From the NCBI GenBank assembly GCA_048886685.1, contig JBHLKM010000001.1:96001-160000 (forward strand): 64,000 nucleotides of DNA, in the 5' to 3' direction. The translations under genes and the position numbers were made by a program. This stretch comes from Candidatus Hodarchaeota archaeon (GTDB taxonomy: Archaea; Asgardarchaeota; Lokiarchaeia; Sigyniarchaeales; SOKP01). The notes under the pieces are model-generated. The model worked only from the letters and a program-made list of their open reading frames with translations, searched no databases and had not been told where the DNA came from. Below are positions 1-10,843 of the stretch, piece by piece. Each line of letters begins with the position of its first letter. Position 1 is the first letter of the stretch.

Positions 1-1
1 A

Positions 2-508
2 GAACACTTTAAGATAATTATTTCAGTTATGACAGAGTTTACAAAAGCCTCTCTCGATGCGGGGGCTAATGGTATATTTTTGGCTACACAACATTTTAAC
101 AATAGACTAACCGATAAAGAGAGATTAGAATTAGCATTTACACCAATGAAAAACATAATAAAAAAAACTATAAAAAAGAATAATTTTCTAGTCCTACATC
201 TTCACGGAGTCAATCCTGATTACGATTTGGCAACCAAACTACCTGTAGACGCGATTAACTGGCATGATCAGCAAACGCCACCAACCCTTTCCGAAGCAAG
301 GCAAATCTTTAAAGGAGGACTTCTCGGAGGATTAAATGCAGAATCATGGAAAGATATATCTGATCTCTCAGAAGTTTCACGAATGATCTCATCCGTTTAC
401 AAAAATTTCGATGGTTCAGGATTAATATTTGCACCCGGTTGTGTCATTCCCCAGTTTATAAGTGATCCTATAATAGAGATGGCAGTGAAAACCATTCAAA
501 ATCTCTAG
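2..508 (+). CDS. Uroporphyrinogen decarboxylase (URO-D/MtaA-CmuA) family protein, 5'-truncated by window edge
   Basis: Frame open from base 2; LHLHG, INW, GGL(N) and FAPGC motifs typical of the URO-D-like TIM barrel C-terminal half. Confidence 0.75.
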   Translation, partial: EHFKIIISVMTEFTKASLDAGANGIFLATQHFNNRLTDKERLELAFTPMKNIIKKTIKKNNFLVLHLHGVNPDYDLATKLPVDAINWHDQQTPPTLSEARQIFKGGLLGGLNAESWKDISDLSEVSRMISSVYKNFDGSGLIFAPGCVIPQFISDPIIEMAVKTIQNL

Positions 509-626
509 CAAACTTTTCAATAAATAATTAGGGTAGGATTCATAGTATCAATTATTCAAAGAATAGATATTTTTTGGAAAGCAAACTAATACTAAGAAAG
601 AAAAATATTCTAAGTGTGAATTACGA

Positions 627-1610
627 GTGCAAAAATATATTACAGAGTATATCAATGATGATACTTCACTAAAATCGAAATATAAGGGTCCGAAATTTGA
701 TGCCCATGTTCATTTAGGGAGTATAGACAGTATTCATAATTTAATTAAGTTTAGAGAAGAGTTTAATATCAAAAAATCAGTTGGTATCGTCTGGGGGGAT
801 GTTTATGACGAATTTGAAACAAAATTTCCTGATAAATTTGTCTTAGCTAAGTATTTTAGAAGTAGGCAGCTTTTTAGTGCAAAACCAGACCTTAAATTAA
901 CGTTAGATTTAATTGAAAAGATTTATCAGCAAGGATTTCCAGTTGTTAAATTCTGGTTTGGACCGCGAGTAAGAGATTTTGTAAAAGAACAATATAAAAT
1001 TGATCCCCCAATAATTCGATTAACTGATCCTTTTTTTAAGTCAATATTTTCCAAGATAGAAGAATTAGGACTAATTTTATTAATTCATGTTAGTGATCCA
1101 GATCTTTGGTACGAGAAAGTATATCAACCAGTTAGCCGATATGGCACTAAAAGAGAACACATTGATGATTTTGAGGAGATTTTATCAAGTTTTCCTAATT
1201 TAAAGGTACAACAAGCGCATTTTGGGAGTCAACCAGAAGATCTAGAAAATCTTGCGAGGTGGCTTGAGTTATATCCAAATTATCATATTGATACTTCTTC
1301 AGCAAGATGGATGGCACGTGAGCTTGGAAGGTATCCTGAAAAAGCAAGAGAGTTTCTAATTAAATATTCAGATAAAATTCTTTTTGGGACAGATATTGTG
1401 CAAGATCGACACAAACCAATTTCAGATTATTATCGGACTCGTTATTTTACATTCCAAGCTATTTTAGAAACCCCATGTCGGAATATTCCATTACCTTTTC
1501 CTGATCCAGAGAATGATAATAATACAAAAATCAATGGCTTGGATCTTCCTCTTGATGTCTTAAAGAAGATTTATTGGGAAAATGCGAATAAGTTCTTCAA
1601 ACTAAAATGA
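627..1610 (+). CDS. Amidohydrolase family protein (Amidohydro_2-like)
   Basis: DAHVH, IHVSDP, AHFG, LFGTD, KIYWENA motifs. Confidence 0.85.
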   Translation: MQKYITEYINDDTSLKSKYKGPKFDAHVHLGSIDSIHNLIKFREEFNIKKSVGIVWGDVYDEFETKFPDKFVLAKYFRSRQLFSAKPDLKLTLDLIEKIYQQGFPVVKFWFGPRVRDFVKEQYKIDPPIIRLTDPFFKSIFSKIEELGLILLIHVSDPDLWYEKVYQPVSRYGTKREHIDDFEEILSSFPNLKVQQAHFGSQPEDLENLARWLELYPNYHIDTSSARWMARELGRYPEKAREFLIKYSDKILFGTDIVQDRHKPISDYYRTRYFTFQAILETPCRNIPLPFPDPENDNNTKINGLDLPLDVLKKIYWENANKFFKLK

Positions 1611-1618
1611 CTTACACA

Positions 1619-3328
1619 TTACAAGAAGATTTCTATTCCAGGAGGAAGCCATGGTTTGTAAATTCGAAAGTAATCATTAAAGAAATTAGATAACCCATTT
1701 TTCAAACATAAATCCATCCAGTGAAAAATTGCCTCTTGTCCGTGTTTTTCCTTAGCGATTTTTCCGAACATATTGCTTAAATAACTTGAAATGATATTTT
1801 TATTCTCTGGAGCAATATCAATTGATTTGATATCTACTAAGACATTTTCGATTTGCCTCATATATGATTGAAAATTATTTAAAATTTCTAACATTTCTGC
1901 CCTTTCCGGAACAGATTCTTTAAATTTATTGATCAACTTATTATATTTCCCAAGATTATTCATTAGACCTTTGATATTTTCTAAAAAGTATGGAATATTT
2001 AATTTGATGATTTCTTGTTCTAATTTTCTAGTGATAAATGTATTCATTGTTATCTTATTATAAAAATATATAACAGGTAGAGAAATATTCTTATCAAAAC
2101 GCCTAATCAATGGGATTCCCATTGTGTAATATCTTGTTTCGCCTGTGCCAGCAATATGTATTGCTGGCTGGATAGTTTTTGAAACCAAATATTGTCGGGA
2201 TTCAACTCTAGGAGTCAGATAGGGAACATGCTCAGAAAGATCAGGATTATGCTTTTCAAGGCTAAAATCAATTAAATTCCCGCAATGATTGCATTTACAT
2301 TTCACATGGATCATGGATGTATAATCTTCACAAGATAGTTCCATTCTATGGCAGGAGCACTGTTCATTAATGCATTCATAGAAAAAAGGGACAAAATCGT
2401 GTCTAATATCTCTTAAGGAAGGACGAATATTGCGTTCTTTGAACTCTTTGTTTAAATCTATATAAGTCTCAACATACCTGGGTTGATTCTCCAACAAAGT
2501 TTCATAGAATGGTGTTAGTAGCTTCTTAAATTCTAAGTCTGAAGCGGCTATAAATAAATATCCTTGATCGAAAATAATGTTGGAGATTGTCCCTATTATG
2601 TTGATAAACCAATCTGTATAATTCTCTGCATTATTGTGTGCGATTTTAATCAGCCGAAGCGCTTCCTCTAACCGTTCTTCTAATAGTTTTTTATGCCAAT
2701 TATCATCTAAACAAGAATTAATAGAATTAATATATTTTTTTCTTATTTCTTGAAATTGTTCCAAGAGATAAGATACAGATGGTAGTGGAAGATTCCTAAT
2801 TCTCATATTTAAATATTCTTTTTCTATTTCAGGCTTTATTGAAATAGAAAACCCATTGGGTGAGTCGCTTTGTGAAAATTTAGTTTTAATTAGTTCTGAA
2901 TGGACCTTATCATAATCAGCAACATAGAAAATTGGAATTATAGAATTATCTAGCTTTGCAAGGGCTGCACCACATGCGATTTTGTTAAAAAGAAATCTTT
3001 CCCCACCTAAAAATTTAGGTTGGTGCGAAACTTCTAAACTCATACTATTACTATCAGTAAGAAAACTTTCCAAATGCCTCTTAGCTTTTTCAGTTAGTAG
3101 ATTATATTTCTTATTTGTATTTTCATAAATTTTTCCTAATGCTAGTTTTATTTCATTATGATCTTTTTTCTTTTCTATTTCTCTGTTTATTTTTTTGGCA
3201 AGGAAGATGGCATCGTTCATTGATTGGGGTATAATACCATTCATACCTTTAGAAATCCATGATTCTTGTCCTTTTAAAGCATATAACAGGTAATACTTTA
3301 ATGGATCTTCGAGTTTATTGTTTGACAT
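1619..3328 (-). CDS. bshC: BshC-like cysteine-adding enzyme with a Cys-rich insertion
   Basis: SHQPKFLGG..FNKI, IPIFYVADYD and HIAGTGETRYY parallel the BshC motifs GQQ..LFTGP..K, PVFW...DHD and YIGGPGE..Y; lies directly downstream of bshB1. Confidence 0.7.
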   Translation of the reverse strand: MSNNKLEDPLKYYLLYALKGQESWISKGMNGIIPQSMNDAIFLAKKINREIEKKKDHNEIKLALGKIYENTNKKYNLLTEKAKRHLESFLTDSNSMSLEVSHQPKFLGGERFLFNKIACGAALAKLDNSIIPIFYVADYDKVHSELIKTKFSQSDSPNGFSISIKPEIEKEYLNMRIRNLPLPSVSYLLEQFQEIRKKYINSINSCLDDNWHKKLLEERLEEALRLIKIAHNNAENYTDWFINIIGTISNIIFDQGYLFIAASDLEFKKLLTPFYETLLENQPRYVETYIDLNKEFKERNIRPSLRDIRHDFVPFFYECINEQCSCHRMELSCEDYTSMIHVKCKCNHCGNLIDFSLEKHNPDLSEHVPYLTPRVESRQYLVSKTIQPAIHIAGTGETRYYTMGIPLIRRFDKNISLPVIYFYNKITMNTFITRKLEQEIIKLNIPYFLENIKGLMNNLGKYNKLINKFKESVPERAEMLEILNNFQSYMRQIENVLVDIKSIDIAPENKNIISSYLSNMFGKIAKEKHGQEAIFHWMDLCLKNGLSNFFNDYFRIYKPWLPPGIEIFL

Positions 3329-3334
3329 CTCTAC

Positions 3335-4030
3335 TTAACCTAAAATTGTATCAAAATCCACCATTAAATATTCAGAAGTAATAAATCCTTCTGCGTACTT
3401 TACTCCAATTTGATATCCTAAATATCCTGCACGTTCTCTTATATAATCAAAAATCCTTAAATACTTTTTATTATCTACAAACTGTGATTTATAGGCCCTA
3501 ATAGAATTTACTTTTTCTTCGATAGAATCAGAAATATCGATTAAAAAGTCCAATTTTCGATTACTATCCTTTAAATGTGAATGATCAAAATAAAAAACAA
3601 ACTTAGGGGAATATTCAGGATATCTGGATTCAGTTTTTGTTAGTCTTGCTTGAAATTTGGCTGCATTTACAAGCTGATGGCAAACTATATGGTCGGGGTG
3701 CCAATCGTCAGAGGGGTGGGTAATAAGAATATTTGGTTTATATTTTCTAATCACTTCAGAAACTTTTTTTCTATTCTCAATTGTATTTTCAATATATCTA
3801 TTCGTCATATCTAGAGTAATTCTTATATCCAGATTTAAAATTTCAGAAGCTGCTTTCGCTTCAGCCAGTCTTTTTTCAACAGTGCCAAATGGGGTCGGTT
3901 CTCCATTTGATAGATCTAAAAGCCCTATTTTTTTCCCTCTTTTCTTATAATGGGCAATAGTTCCTCCGCATCCAATTTCTGCATCATCTGGATGAGCTCC
4001 GATCACTAAAATATCTAATTTAAGGTCCAT
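3335..4030 (-). CDS. bshB1: BshB1-like N-acetylglucosaminyl deacetylase (PIG-L/LmbE family)
   Basis: AHPDDAEIGCGGTI, R..EA..A..IL, HPDH, AYKSQF, GVKYAEGF. Confidence 0.85.
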   Translation of the reverse strand: MDLKLDILVIGAHPDDAEIGCGGTIAHYKKRGKKIGLLDLSNGEPTPFGTVEKRLAEAKAASEILNLDIRITLDMTNRYIENTIENRKKVSEVIRKYKPNILITHPSDDWHPDHIVCHQLVNAAKFQARLTKTESRYPEYSPKFVFYFDHSHLKDSNRKLDFLIDISDSIEEKVNSIRAYKSQFVDNKKYLRIFDYIRERAGYLGYQIGVKYAEGFITSEYLMVDFDTILG

Positions 4031-4039
4031 TTTAACCTA

Positions 4040-4942
4040 CTAAGTTTCTAGTTCTCTAATTTGTGTGAAAATTGAATCTTGTATTTTTTTAAAGTTATAT
4101 TTATTAATATCATCCACACTATTGAAATAATTTGAGAAAATTGATTTAAAAGTATTAATATTTGTTTTTAAATGAACATTCAATAGTGATTCAATTAAAT
4201 GAATGTATCTTTCGATTCTTTCTTCTCCCTTTTTAAATAAAAAACTATCTTTAGCATTTTTTAAAATTAAATCTCTATCTTTATATATAACAGGAACTCC
4301 TTTTTCAACAATTTTATATCCTTTTTTCATTGATTTAATCCAAATTTCGATAGGTATTTCATATCCGATTACTTCTAATTCCAAATTATTGATTGCATTA
4401 CATTCATAGGCCTTTAATCCGCAAAAAGCATCTGTAATAGAAAGTCCAATAGTATTGAGAATTCCTGTGATGATTGTATTAACTAGAAATCTATCTTTCC
4501 ATGGTTTCTGCCAGAATAGGTCTGCATTTTTATACCTTGAACCAGAAATAATTTGCTCTGATGGTTTTTCAAGGATTACTTCAATAAACTTATAAAAACA
4601 TTTAGGTTCATGTTGACCATCCATATCAAACGATATTACCCAGGAAAAGTTATTTTTTTTAGCGTATTTAAAACCGTATATAAGTGTGTAGCCATAACCT
4701 TGATTTTCTTCAAAGTTAATAAGAGTAAAAAAGGAATCTTGATTGTTTTTATCCAAAATTTGCATGGTTCTATCAGTAGAACCATCATTGATGATAAGGA
4801 TTTCTAGTTTTAATTCATTTCTATTCTTTAAGTTTTGCTTTACATGACGGAGATGTTCTAAGATATGCTTAATGTTTTCTTCTTCATTGAAACACGGGAT
4901 AAGTAAAAGAATGTTAATTTTATCTTCAGAAATGTCGAACAA
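4040..4942 (-). CDS. Glycosyltransferase family 2 (DPM1-like)
   Basis: IPCFNEE, NDGSTD, NQGYG, DMDGQH, GSRY, TDAFCGLKAY. Confidence 0.9.
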   Translation of the reverse strand: MFDISEDKINILLLIPCFNEEENIKHILEHLRHVKQNLKNRNELKLEILIINDGSTDRTMQILDKNNQDSFFTLINFEENQGYGYTLIYGFKYAKKNNFSWVISFDMDGQHEPKCFYKFIEVILEKPSEQIISGSRYKNADLFWQKPWKDRFLVNTIITGILNTIGLSITDAFCGLKAYECNAINNLELEVIGYEIPIEIWIKSMKKGYKIVEKGVPVIYKDRDLILKNAKDSFLFKKGEERIERYIHLIESLLNVHLKTNINTFKSIFSNYFNSVDDINKYNFKKIQDSIFTQIRELET

Positions 4943-5179
4943 CCCATTATACTTTATGAATCTTCATTGAAACAACACATCTAAATTTTTTTAAATTGTT
5001 GATTATGATTTATTAAAAACACTTGATATTCATAAAATGTGAAATTTCTCTCTTAGAAGATTTTTCTTATTCATAAAGCAAAATTAAAAAAATCTCCAGT
5101 TTAGATCATACCTAAGATTTAATTAATAAATTTGCGATACTTAAATCTTATATCAGTATTATAAATTAAGAGGAAAAAA

Positions 5180-6124
5180 ATGTTCAATATTGAGATGGAT
5201 AATATTGATTTAGATAAGACTTTCGATCTCATTGTTTTAGGAGGAGGTCCCACAGCAATAGGGTGCGCTATTTATGCCGCAAGGTTCGCGATGGATGTAC
5301 TGATTATTGGAAAAACTTTTGGTGGCTTAATTGCTACAACGCATTTAGTTGAAAATTATCCCGGCATTGCGTCTATTAGCGGTCAAGAGCTAATGGAATT
5401 GTTCAGAGAGCATATGAATTCACTTAATATCCCTTATATTTCAGATGAGATACGAAGCATAGATAAAGTTGATGATCATTTTGAACTCCATTCTTTCTTT
5501 CAAAAATTTAATGCTTATTCAATTTGTATAGCAACAGGTTCAGATCGGAAAAAACTTGGAATTCCTGGAGAAGATAATTTTGCTGGGAGAGGTGTCTCTT
5601 ATTGCGCCACATGTGATGGTCCATTTTATGCAGGCAAAGTCGTTTGCGTAATTGGAGGGAGTGATTCTGCTGCCAAGGAAGCTTTATTTTTAGCTCAAAA
5701 TGTTGAAAAAGTTTATATTATCTACCGTGGCAAAGAAATACGAGCTGAACCTATAAACAAGCAGAGAGTCTATGACAATGATAAAATTGAAATTATTTAT
5801 GAAACAAATATAGTAGAAATCAAAGGAGATACAACAGTATCTTCAGTTGTTTTTGATAACGGCAAGGAATTTGAGGTAGATGGTGTTTTTATAGAAATTG
5901 GCTCTATTCCAAACTCAGATTTAGCAAAACGGATTGGGGTAAAAACAAATGAAAGGGGTGAAATCATAATTAACCGTAAGTCAGAGACTAATATTCCCGG
6001 GATTTTCGCTGCAGGAGATGTTGCTGACGCTCCATTTAAGCAAGCAATTACGGGAGTTTCCGAGGGTGTAATAGCAGCATATTCTGCTTTTGATTATGTT
6101 AAAGAAATGAATATCGAATATTAA
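5180..6124 (+). CDS. trxB: Thioredoxin-disulfide reductase
   Basis: GGGP, VENYPG, GVSYCATCDG, GGSDSA, FAAGDV. Confidence 0.92.
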   Translation: MFNIEMDNIDLDKTFDLIVLGGGPTAIGCAIYAARFAMDVLIIGKTFGGLIATTHLVENYPGIASISGQELMELFREHMNSLNIPYISDEIRSIDKVDDHFELHSFFQKFNAYSICIATGSDRKKLGIPGEDNFAGRGVSYCATCDGPFYAGKVVCVIGGSDSAAKEALFLAQNVEKVYIIYRGKEIRAEPINKQRVYDNDKIEIIYETNIVEIKGDTTVSSVVFDNGKEFEVDGVFIEIGSIPNSDLAKRIGVKTNERGEIIINRKSETNIPGIFAAGDVADAPFKQAITGVSEGVIAAYSAFDYVKEMNIEY

Positions 6125-6183
6125 CTTGGTTAAATGAGTTAGAATAATTTTGTTAAAATAAAAAATATGAAAAGAAAAAAGGT

Positions 6184-6507
6184 TTATTCAATTTTTACAT
6201 CTATACTATGATACTCGGACTCTTTAAAAGGTACCTCAATCTTTAGAAGCCCTTGATTATAAGTTGCTTTAGCTTCTTCCGGTTTTACAGCACAACAGAT
6301 GGAAAAACTACCAATATAAATAGTATCCTCAGTTTCTCCTTTTATAAAGAAACTATCGTCATGCATTTTAAGTTTAATAGTATCTTTCTCTACTCCCGGC
6401 AGTTGTATTTCGATTTTATAAGTTTCACTGTCATCATCAGCCCAAGAACATACTTCTGGTGAGGTTAAAAATTTATCTTCTTCTTTAACTTCTTCCATTT
6501 CTTTCAC
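6184..6507 (-). CDS. Hsp20/alpha-crystallin family protein
   Basis: LPGVEK and AKATYNQGLLKIEVP motifs. Confidence 0.85.
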   Translation of the reverse strand: MKEMEEVKEEDKFLTSPEVCSWADDDSETYKIEIQLPGVEKDTIKLKMHDDSFFIKGETEDTIYIGSFSICCAVKPEEAKATYNQGLLKIEVPFKESEYHSIDVKIE

Positions 6508-6681
6508 TTTAGCTTTTTATATTATAATATTATTTCTTATTAGTACCATCCAAAATAGTTGATTTAAAAGTCCTCTCTATAGACTATCAAAGAAAAAACA
6601 AATTTCACTTAATAACTAAAATGAAAATTCATTTCATTTTTAATTTATAAAATATCAATGATATTGACAGAAAAGAAATTG

Positions 6682-7605
6682 TTATTGATATTTCAGTAAA
6701 AGTGAACCCGTCGATAATATTTTTAAAATTTTCTCCCAATAATATTCTATATCCCATTCCTGTTTATTTTTTATTTTTTGGGAGATTTCTTTCAATATTT
6801 CCCTTACTTTAAGTGAATCAAAGTAAGTTATGTTAGAAGCAATAATAGATAACATATATTGCTTTTCACCAAATCTTTCATTTTTATCTGGATATGCATC
6901 AAAAAGTGCATATCCTTTCTTTTTAATATTTTCAATGTTTAATAATATGCCTTGACTTTGCGTAATCTTATTCTGACCATAGATTGAGGTTGCTGCATGA
7001 AATAATTGCTTCCCTATTGTGTTAATTGAAATATGGCAACTCTTTTCCGAGGGATGGCTATTTTTTAATACAGGGCCTTCAATATCATCCCAAAATACAA
7101 GCAATAAACAAAATGGTAATTCATCTTCTTTCAAAATTGAAGGCTGGATTTCAATTTCAAATGAATTAAGCAATTGTTTAATCTTACTATTAATTAAATT
7201 TAAGCTTTTTTTACGAGCGAGTTTCCCTGAAATTGATGCTATTAAATCTCTCTCATTAAATGGTTTAGTGATATAATCATCAACGCCTAGCATTTTACCC
7301 AATCGAATATCTTCAGGTGTAGATTTTGCTGTAAGAAATAGAAAAGGTATTTGATTTAGATGAGCATGAGCAGATACAGCAGCGAAAAACTCATAGCCAT
7401 TCATATTGGGCATCATTATATCACTTATTATTAAGTCAGGAACTTTTCCTGACTTAAGTAGACTGAGTGCTTTTTCTCCGTTAATGGAAGTCATGATATC
7501 ATAACCCTTTTCTTCTAGCATAATTTTTAGGTTGAATAAGATATCTTGGTTATCATCAACGACTAGGAGAAGAGGTTTTGAATCAGGCATTATGATTTTT
7601 CTCAT
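6682..7605 (-). CDS. Response regulator: REC domain fused to a putative longin/uDENN-like C-terminal domain
   Basis: VVDD, SDIMMP, LTA, KPF in REC; C-terminal domain opens with LLLVFWDDIEGPVL. Confidence 0.85.
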   Translation of the reverse strand: MRKIIMPDSKPLLLVVDDNQDILFNLKIMLEEKGYDIMTSINGEKALSLLKSGKVPDLIISDIMMPNMNGYEFFAAVSAHAHLNQIPFLFLTAKSTPEDIRLGKMLGVDDYITKPFNERDLIASISGKLARKKSLNLINSKIKQLLNSFEIEIQPSILKEDELPFCLLLVFWDDIEGPVLKNSHPSEKSCHISINTIGKQLFHAATSIYGQNKITQSQGILLNIENIKKKGYALFDAYPDKNERFGEKQYMLSIIASNITYFDSLKVREILKEISQKIKNKQEWDIEYYWEKILKILSTGSLLLKYQ

Positions 7606-7655
7606 TAGATTAGTAAGAAGATATTTAAACCTTTAATATTTAAAATTTTTTGAAA

Positions 7656-10175
7656 TCAATCAATTAGAGGTAGAAAGACAAAAAATGTTGTTCCTTTCTC
7701 TAATTCACTTTCAACGAAAATTTTCCCCTTATGAGCTTCAATTAAATCTTTTACTATAGCTAGCCCTAATCCCGTTCCAGAAATTTCATTAACATTGCTA
7801 GAACGGAAAAAACGTTCAAATATATGAGGAATATCCTCCTTTGGGATACCACGACCATGATCTCTGAACTTAAAGAGAATGCCTGGACTTTTATTCGGGT
7901 TATATTGGCCTTGGTAATCCTTAAGAGCCTGAATTTCTATTTTTGAATTTTCCTTCGAATATTTAATTGCGTTATCAATAATAATTCGAAAAATTTGGTC
8001 GACTCTTTTTAAATCACCTTTTAAACGAATAGTTTCATCTATATTCATTTCAAAACGGATATTCTTTTCTTTTCCGATTGGTTCTAAGAGATATAAAATC
8101 TCCTTAATTATCTCTAATGGACTATATTCTTCCCATCCCAATTCTAATCGTTTTTCATCTATTCTTGAAATAAGTAAAATATCATCACTCAATTCATTTA
8201 GCAATTGGGCGTTTCTAGAGATACCATCCATCAATTTTTTTTCCAAATCTTCTGTAAGTTCAGTTTTATGTTTAGAAAGATATTCCAAAGACATTAAAAT
8301 TACTGTAATTGGAGTTCTTAATTCATGTGAAACGGTAGATATTAATTGAGATAATTTTTCTTCAGCCTTTTTCCTTTCTGTTATATCCATTCCATATATA
8401 TTTACATAATCCACATTTTCTACAGGGGTCACAACCAGCGTGTAAGTTCGGTCATGCAATTTAACATCAAATTCTTGGATCTCCTTATTTATTATGGAAT
8501 TTGTGATAGCTTCTTTTAATATCTCTGGAACTGCTCCACCTTCATAAATATTAAAAAGTGTTTTTCCAATTTTGTTAGAATAGATTACTTTTTGATTATT
8601 TACCCTTAAGACCGGATTTGGATTTTCGGAGGGAAATTTTGATAAATTTTGTATTTTTTCTTCTGACCTCTTTTTTTCGCTTATATCTCGAGCGATTGCC
8701 GAAGCCCCAATGATTTTATTATTTACATCTTTTATTGGTGAAATCGTAAGAGAGACATTAACTTTTGATCCATCTTTTCTAATTCTTTCAGTTTCAAAAC
8801 CTGCAATTTTTTCTCCCCTTTTAATTCTATTTAATATTGCAGAGATCTCTCTCTCACGGTTAGGAGGTGATATAAGCTCTATTGACTTTCCTATCATTTC
8901 TTCAGCAGAATAATAATAAATTTTCTCAGCTGCTTTATTCCAACTGGTAACTATTCCATCTAATGTTTTACCTATTATAGCATCCTCTGATGATTCAACT
9001 ATAGAAGCTAATCTCGTCTTTAATTCTTCTGCTTTCTTTAGTTCTGTTATATCTCGAAAGGTAGATTGGAAATAAGACTTTTCAGATAGTTGGATTACCT
9101 TCATAATTACAAAAATATCTTTAATTTCTCCAATTTTAGTACGAAATTTTGTCTCAAAATCATCACGTCCTTCCCTTAGTATCTTTTCTACATGAGCTCT
9201 TGTCTCTGAAGGACCTTCTATAATATCATAATCATTAATTTTTAATTTTTCAAATTCTTTACGTGAATAGTCCAATAATTTATATGCAGCTTCATTAAAT
9301 TCAATTGGCGTAAAATTATCAAGCTCAAAAATTACAATTCCGTCAGGAGATTGTTCAAAAGCAGTATGATAACGATCCTCTGCTTCTTTAATTTTTCGAA
9401 ATAATAAATTAAAGGGTTTCTTTATTCCAATTTGAATAATGGATTTGTACAGAAGATAAAAGGCGATTATTTTAAAGATATGCCCAACAACGTTAGAAAA
9501 ATCATAAACTCCAATATAGAAGGTGAATGCTAATTCGGCTATGATGGTTGCTAAAATTGAACTAAAAATTAAATACAAAACTATTTTATCAAACTCAATG
9601 CTTTGTTTGAAAATAATTAATATGCAAATCAGGTATATGGAAATAATAATATATTCACTCACTATTTTAAATGGAGTTAACCCATCTATATAACAAATGG
9701 GAAATAATTCAGCAAAAATAAGAACTATCAGCACCAGTGTAACACCTAAATAAGAAAGGATAAGGAAAATTGGTTTTATGCTTCTCTTAATTACAAGTGA
9801 TGCCATTAAACATGAACCCGCTTGAAGATACCTTGCAGCAATCCATAGAGATGTTGGAAGATTAGAAGTATAACCTTCAAAAATATTCATACCGGTATAA
9901 GCTAAGGTATGAATCAGGTCAATAATCCCAATAAAAAGAGATGATATACCTAGAACCAAAAAAAAAGAATTTTTCATATATTTACGCGAGTTCCAACCTA
10001 CAAAAAACACACCACCAGCTATAACTATACTAAATACCTCAGCAATGCTATGGAATAACAAAAATTTATAAAATCTTGAAAAAAAGGTAAATAACAGAGC
10101 TATTGAAAAGATTATTATTTCAAATAATACTGGACTTATTCTGTGTAAGGTGGTTTGATTATTTTCATTCAACAT
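7656..10175 (-). CDS. Membrane sensor histidine kinase (MASE3 + PAS repeats + HisKA + HATPase)
   Basis: FHSIAEVFSIVIA multi-TM MASE3-like region, PAS/PAC repeats ending DIT/DIS, SHELRTP H-box, NAIKY, DHGRGI, GTGLGL. Confidence 0.93.
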   Translation of the reverse strand: MLNENNQTTLHRISPVLFEIIIFSIALLFTFFSRFYKFLLFHSIAEVFSIVIAGGVFFVGWNSRKYMKNSFFLVLGISSLFIGIIDLIHTLAYTGMNIFEGYTSNLPTSLWIAARYLQAGSCLMASLVIKRSIKPIFLILSYLGVTLVLIVLIFAELFPICYIDGLTPFKIVSEYIIISIYLICILIIFKQSIEFDKIVLYLIFSSILATIIAELAFTFYIGVYDFSNVVGHIFKIIAFYLLYKSIIQIGIKKPFNLLFRKIKEAEDRYHTAFEQSPDGIVIFELDNFTPIEFNEAAYKLLDYSRKEFEKLKINDYDIIEGPSETRAHVEKILREGRDDFETKFRTKIGEIKDIFVIMKVIQLSEKSYFQSTFRDITELKKAEELKTRLASIVESSEDAIIGKTLDGIVTSWNKAAEKIYYYSAEEMIGKSIELISPPNREREISAILNRIKRGEKIAGFETERIRKDGSKVNVSLTISPIKDVNNKIIGASAIARDISEKKRSEEKIQNLSKFPSENPNPVLRVNNQKVIYSNKIGKTLFNIYEGGAVPEILKEAITNSIINKEIQEFDVKLHDRTYTLVVTPVENVDYVNIYGMDITERKKAEEKLSQLISTVSHELRTPITVILMSLEYLSKHKTELTEDLEKKLMDGISRNAQLLNELSDDILLISRIDEKRLELGWEEYSPLEIIKEILYLLEPIGKEKNIRFEMNIDETIRLKGDLKRVDQIFRIIIDNAIKYSKENSKIEIQALKDYQGQYNPNKSPGILFKFRDHGRGIPKEDIPHIFERFFRSSNVNEISGTGLGLAIVKDLIEAHKGKIFVESELEKGTTFFVFLPLID

Positions 10176-10254
10176 TTTTGGATATCTTTATCTATAAATA
10201 TCTAAAATTTGCACTTAATTTATAAATAGCTTTAAATTTTTTTTTAAAAAATGA

Positions 10255-10803
10255 TTAAGTGATTGTAGATTTCTCAAATGTTGCATATATTGATGTTTTA
10301 TGTAGTGAATAAATTAAATTTGGGGGAATTACTTCCTTGATCTTCGTAATCAAGCCATCAATGATAATTTCATTTAATTCTTGATCAAATTCTAGGTCTG
10401 GATCATATTTATGAAGAAAAATGGAAAAATCAATTTCATTGAGGTTTTTAATTGCATTTATCATTTTTTTTAGGTAACTGATTGCGAGATTATATCGTTT
10501 TGTATCTTGAACATCAAAAACATATATTATTTTTTTAGTCCCTCTCAAAATATTTTCTATATTTTTAAAATACTCATCATGATATGCTTCTTGACCCCCA
10601 AGATCCCAGATAGCATATTTCGAGTCTAAGGCTTCAAATCGTTCTATTTCTAAACCTCTTGTAGGATTTGGGAAATTAAACGCAGATAATCCCTTGATTC
10701 CTTTCAAACATTTTAATATCGAAGTCTTACCACCATTATCTAAACCTATCAATAAAATTTTTATTGAATCTTCTGATGAGTCAATATAATTTGTATTATT
10801 CAT
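10255..10803 (-). CDS. Small GTPase, Arf/Rag-like
   Basis: G1 GLDNGGKTS, G2 PTRG, G3 DLGGQ, G4 HKYD, G5 TSI. Confidence 0.92.
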   Translation of the reverse strand: MNNTNYIDSSEDSIKILLIGLDNGGKTSILKCLKGIKGLSAFNFPNPTRGLEIERFEALDSKYAIWDLGGQEAYHDEYFKNIENILRGTKKIIYVFDVQDTKRYNLAISYLKKMINAIKNLNEIDFSIFLHKYDPDLEFDQELNEIIIDGLITKIKEVIPPNLIYSLHKTSIYATFEKSTIT

Positions 10804-10843
10804 GATTCTAAGAAAAATTTAAAATTAATTGTAATATCCGAAA

